Positions 60,392 through 64,000 of a stretch of DNA of 64,000 bases are shown piece after piece; the first letter of the stretch is position 1; each line of letters starts with the position of its first letter. The notes below the pieces were generated by a model. It made no database searches, had not been told where the DNA came from, and saw only the letters and a list, made by a program, of their open reading frames with translations. The stretch is from Pseudomonadales bacterium (lineage in GTDB: Bacteria > Pseudomonadota > Gammaproteobacteria > Pseudomonadales > CAWVSB01): NCBI GenBank assembly GCA_046710535.1, contig JBKEHH010000013.1:3707-67706 (forward strand), read 5' to 3'. Made by a program: the position numbers and the translations under genes.

Positions 60392-60732
60392 TCAGCGCTG
60401 TCAGCACTGGGGCTACCCGACCATAGCCGCTCTAAATCATAAAAGGATCGAGTCTCTGGCTGCATCACATGCACAACCACATCGCCCAAATCTACTAATA
60501 CCCATTCAGAGCCACTGTGGCCCTCAATACCGAGCGGAGTAACATCATTCTTTTTCGCTTCAACCGCCACGTTAGTCGCCAATGCTTTAGCATGCCTGCT
60601 AGAAGTTCCGGTACAAATAATCACATAATCCATTAGACCGGTTAAATGACTCACTTCTATCGCCACAATCTCTTTGCCTTTTAAATCTTCTAAGGCTTCA
60701 ACTGCTAGTTCTTTCAGGGCCTCTGGCCGCAT
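60388..60732 (-). CDS. rsfS: Ribosome silencing factor
   Basis: DYVIICTGTSSRHAKAL...WVLVDLGDVVVHVMQPETRSFYDLE. Confidence 0.92.
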   Translation of the reverse strand: MRPEALKELAVEALEDLKGKEIVAIEVSHLTGLMDYVIICTGTSSRHAKALATNVAVEAKKNDVTPLGIEGHSGSEWVLVDLGDVVVHVMQPETRSFYDLERLWSGSPSADSAE

Positions 60733-60752
60733 ATTACTTCTCCACTTAGGTT

Positions 60753-61409
60753 TTAACTATAAAGCTGATATTGCTCTATATATTTTTGAACTGCTTTAGG
60801 CAATAAATAACGCACCGACTTATGCTGACTAATACGCTGACGTAAATCACTTGATGAAATGCTCAGCGGCGCTAGCTCCAAACTCATTACCCGTCCTTTA
60901 GACTGCTGTAATAGCTCATCGGCGCATTCCGCAATTCGCTCATGCCACCAGTCAAATACTGCACCGCTTTTGGGTAAATAAAACCCAGGCCGCGTCATAA
61001 CGATTACATGTACATAGTCAGTAAGCTCTTGCCAGCGCCGCCAAGTATGTAACTGATTAAAGGCATCAATCCCCATACATAGGCTTAGCGCAACATCAGC
61101 GCCAAGCTGTTTACGCATATTGATAACTGTATCAATCGCGTAAGACAGCCCTTGGCGCTTTAACTCACAATCATCAACACTTAATCTAGCTTCGCCTTCA
61201 ACCGCTAGCGCTAGCATAGCCAAACGATGATGCCCCGCAACTTGATTAGCCTCACGATGGGGCGGCACTCCCGCCGGAATGAGCTTCACTTCATCACAAG
61301 CTAGTTGCTCAGCTACTTCAGTCGCCATCCGCAAATGCCCATTGTGTACCGGATCAAAGGTGCCTCCGAAAATAGCTATATGGGGCAGCGCTGCAGAAGA
61401 TAAGGCCAC
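60753..61409 (-). CDS. nadD: Nicotinate-nucleotide adenylyltransferase
   Basis: GGTFDPVHNGH (HxGH) and ISSSDLR (ISST-like) motifs. Confidence 0.92.
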   Translation of the reverse strand: MALSSAALPHIAIFGGTFDPVHNGHLRMATEVAEQLACDEVKLIPAGVPPHREANQVAGHHRLAMLALAVEGEARLSVDDCELKRQGLSYAIDTVINMRKQLGADVALSLCMGIDAFNQLHTWRRWQELTDYVHVIVMTRPGFYLPKSGAVFDWWHERIAECADELLQQSKGRVMSLELAPLSISSSDLRQRISQHKSVRYLLPKAVQKYIEQYQLYS

Positions 61410-61415
61410 TAGGCG

Positions 61416-62669
61416 TTAGCCCCTAACATGACCATCACCCAGCACAATATATTTCTGGCTGGTTAAGCCATCTAAACCAACCGGACCACGCGCGTGCAAC
61501 TTGTCGGTAGAAATACCAATCTCTGCACCCAAACCATATTCAAAACCATCGGCAAAACGAGTAGATGCATTCACCATTACTGAACTTGAATCCACCTCGC
61601 GTAAAAACTGTCGCGACTTAGTGTAGTTTTCAGTCACTATTGAATCTGTATGCTGCGAGCTGTACTTATTGATATGCGCTATCGCTTCATTGACATCATT
61701 AACAATTCTAATCGCTAATATCGGCGCTAAATATTCTTCATACCAATCGTCTTCAGTGGCAGCAATGGCAGCAATAATAGCTTGAGTGTTACTACAACCA
61801 CGTAACTCAACACCAGCATCACCATAGGCCACAGCAAGACGCGGCAACACATCGCCAGCTACCGCTGCATTAACCAGCAAGGTTTCCATAGTATTGCACG
61901 TACCATAACGTTGGGTTTTAGAATTAAGTGCCACCGCAAAAGCCTTATTTAGATCCGCATCACTATCTATGTACACATGACACACACCGTCAAGATGTTT
62001 AATCACCGGGACTTTGGCATCTTTACTAATGCGCTCGATTAACCCCTTACCACCACGGGGTACAATTACATCTACATATTCTGGCATGGTAATTAACTGC
62101 CCAACCGCCGCCCGGTCGGTAGTTTCAATCACCTGGACGGCGTCAGCGGGTAAACCTTGCGACTGCAACCCTTGACCTATACATTTGGCAATGGCTTGAT
62201 TGGCATTAATTGCTTCCGATCCGCCACGCAATACAGCTGCATTACCAGCCTTCAAACATAAGCTGGCAGCCTCAACCGTTACATTAGGGCGACTCTCATA
62301 AATAATTCCGATCACACCTAAAGGCACGCGCATGCGGCCCACTTGAATACCGGAAGGCAAATAGCGCATATCGCTTATCGAACCTACGGGGTCAGCAAGG
62401 CCAGCAACTTGTTTTAAGCCTTCAACCATTAGCGCAAAGCTTTGTTCAGAAATTGCTAAGCGATCAAGTAAGGCTGGCTCTAAACCACGCTTGTGGCCTG
62501 CATCCATATCCATAACATTGGCAGCTAAAATATCCTTTTTAGCCGCCAGCAATGCATCAGCTATCGCCAACAAGGCAGAATTTTTTACGCTAGTTTCTGC
62601 CTTGGCGATCAAGCTTGATGCTGCTCTTGCGCGCTGGCCAACTTCTCGCATGTACTGTTCAACGTTCAT
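61416..62669 (-). CDS. proA: Glutamate-5-semialdehyde dehydrogenase
   Basis: [24 protein letters not shown] (catalytic Cys), STRFADG. Confidence 0.95.
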   Translation of the reverse strand: MNVEQYMREVGQRARAASSLIAKAETSVKNSALLAIADALLAAKKDILAANVMDMDAGHKRGLEPALLDRLAISEQSFALMVEGLKQVAGLADPVGSISDMRYLPSGIQVGRMRVPLGVIGIIYESRPNVTVEAASLCLKAGNAAVLRGGSEAINANQAIAKCIGQGLQSQGLPADAVQVIETTDRAAVGQLITMPEYVDVIVPRGGKGLIERISKDAKVPVIKHLDGVCHVYIDSDADLNKAFAVALNSKTQRYGTCNTMETLLVNAAVAGDVLPRLAVAYGDAGVELRGCSNTQAIIAAIAATEDDWYEEYLAPILAIRIVNDVNEAIAHINKYSSQHTDSIVTENYTKSRQFLREVDSSSVMVNASTRFADGFEYGLGAEIGISTDKLHARGPVGLDGLTSQKYIVLGDGHVRG

Positions 62670-62852
62670 TAACTTTCACTTTCCTATCACTCTGCTTAGG
62701 CTTGTTAACACTCTATTTGCCACTGCCTGTATCCGCTAATAAGCGGCTTACATTTTAACTGGTAGCTAAAATGGGTGCAGTATACCATTACGCCTACTAT
62801 CTAGGCGAAAAAACACCTAAACACTTTATTCAAACATAGAGCTAAACACCGC

Positions 62853-63475
62853 ATGGAATGGGAAGTGATTCAAGCCACAGCATTATGGCAATGGCTAATG
62901 GCACATCAACACTGGTTAGGCGGCATCATAATCGGCATTGCTTTTATTGAATCCTTTGCAGTAATTGGCATTATTGTACCTGGCGCGGTGCTACTTGCCG
63001 CCGCTGCATTTATTGCCGGGGCGGGGGCGCTAGACCTACCTACCACTCTTATTTGCGCATTTATCGGGACAGTAATTGGCGATGGCATTAGCTTTTTAAT
63101 TGGCAGCTACTTTCATGAGCATATTAATAATATCTGGCCGTTCAAAAAAACCGCTCGTGGCTAGAAAAAGGTGAATCCTTTTTTGAAAAATACGGTTTGT
63201 TCAGCATTGTCATTGGCCGCTTCCTCGGTCCAATCCGTCCGATAATGCCTTTAGCTGCAGGCACTATGCACATGCCTGCCAGCCAGTTTTATAGTGTTAA
63301 TTTTTTATCAGCCCTCGCTTGGGCTCCAGTCTATATATTGCCGGGATTTATGGCAGGAAGCGCCACTGATTATGACCCAGCTATGCAACGCTGGCTTATC
63401 GCTGGGGCGGTAGTACTAATATTGACTGGAGCTGTAATTTTAAAAATTCGTAGCAAAGTTAATCAAACTAATTAA
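62853..63475 (+). pseudogene. DedA-family membrane protein split by a frameshift in an A7 run
   Basis: Frame 1 ends ...NIWPFKKTARG*. The -1 frame from the A-run (63144-63150) reads (K)NRSWLEKGESFFEKYGLFSIVIGRFLGPIRPIMPLAAG, the canonical DedA core, and joins the second track ORF. Confidence 0.8.
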
Positions 63476-63551
63476 TACGCAAAAGCACATTACAAACCAC
63501 TAAGCTCTGTGCGTATAATGCGCGCATTTATGTAACATTAATCGGAAACCC

Positions 63552-64000
63552 TATGCTTACTGCTTTAGCCGCAATTGTTATTGGCTTTATTCTACTAGTG
63601 TGGAGCGCTGATCGCTTCGTCGCGGGGGCATCTGCCACCGCAACACATTTAGGTATAGCACCATTAATTGTAGGCGTAGTCATCGTTGGCATTGGCACAT
63701 CTGCGCCGGAAATGCTGGTTTCCATTATCGCATCAGCACAAGGCAACGCCAATATTGCTATTGGTAACGCGTTAGGCTCAAACATCACTAACGTTGGCTT
63801 AATCTTGGGCGCTACGGCAATGCTATATCCATTGTCAGTACAGTCAGGAATCATTCGCCGCGAGCTGCCCATCTTGGCGTTTATAATGATGGTGTCACTA
63901 GCATTAATGTTCGACGGAGTACTATCGCGGCTTGACGGAACAATTTTAATCAGCGGTTTTGCTGCCTTATTGGCTTGGTCGTTTTATCAGGCCAAAACGC
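63552..64000 (+). CDS. yrbG: CaCA-family Na+/Ca2+ antiporter (YrbG-like), N-terminal part; runs off the right edge
   Basis: My + strand translation reads MLTALAAIVIGFILLVWSADRFVAGASATATHLGIAPLIVGVVIVGIGTSAPEMLVSIIASAQGNANIAIGNALGSNITNVGLILG (alpha-1 repeat GTSxPE...GNxxGSN). The track ORF at 63528..63872 (-) is its antisense shadow. Confidence 0.85.

Noticed and set aside
63528-63872. 114-aa minus-strand ORF at the right edge
   Set aside because: The + strand of the same region translates into an unmistakable CaCA antiporter N-terminus (GTSAPE...GNALGSN). The minus ORF is its shadow.

Overview
This is a 64 kb chromosomal segment from a moderately AT-rich gammaproteobacterium. Gene content and synteny look like a marine Alteromonadales-type genome, but the taxon cannot be proven from this window. 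I call about 65 protein genes.

The right-hand part (about 41.2-62.7 kb) is a conserved housekeeping block. It carries miaB-ybeZ-ybeY-corC-lnt-leuS-lptE-holA on the + strand. This converges on lipA-lipB-ybeD-dacA-rlpA-mltB-rodA-mrdA-rlmH-rsfS-nadD-proA on the - strand.

The left 41 kb is more variable:
- alaS (5' part), greB and two ABC-F ATPases (ybiT, uup)
- a periplasmic haem operon
- a quinohaemoprotein PQQ alcohol dehydrogenase, and a loose patch of catabolic and regulatory genes (KstD-like flavoprotein, HxlR-Nudix pair, MaoC, LuxR, extradiol dioxygenase)
- tandem MscS channels, an OmpA/thrombospondin-repeat protein, and an O/P-type porin with a Pho-box-like site
- a Lys/Ala-rich histone-H1-like protein
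- an IS3-family scar

By eye I found no rRNA, tRNA, CRISPR array, prophage, or recognisable defence, toxin-antitoxin or secretion system. I do not claim one.

The points most worth a second look:
1. An uncharacterised, translationally coupled three-gene, five-haem operon: cytochrome c4, a MauG/CcpA-like di-haem peroxidase, and a NosD-like beta-helix protein with its own cytochrome c domain.
2. An unusually high density of disrupted reading frames. There are two in-frame nonsense codons, several single-base frameshifts (three in A-runs), and a decayed IS. This means either genome decay or assembly error.
3. The H1-like gene sits behind about 320 bp of almost pure A/T DNA.
4. Two heptanucleotide microsatellites bracket a PAS-GGDEF(degenerate)-EAL gene.

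All coordinates and translations come from my own reading plus the supplied ORF track. No database search was possible.
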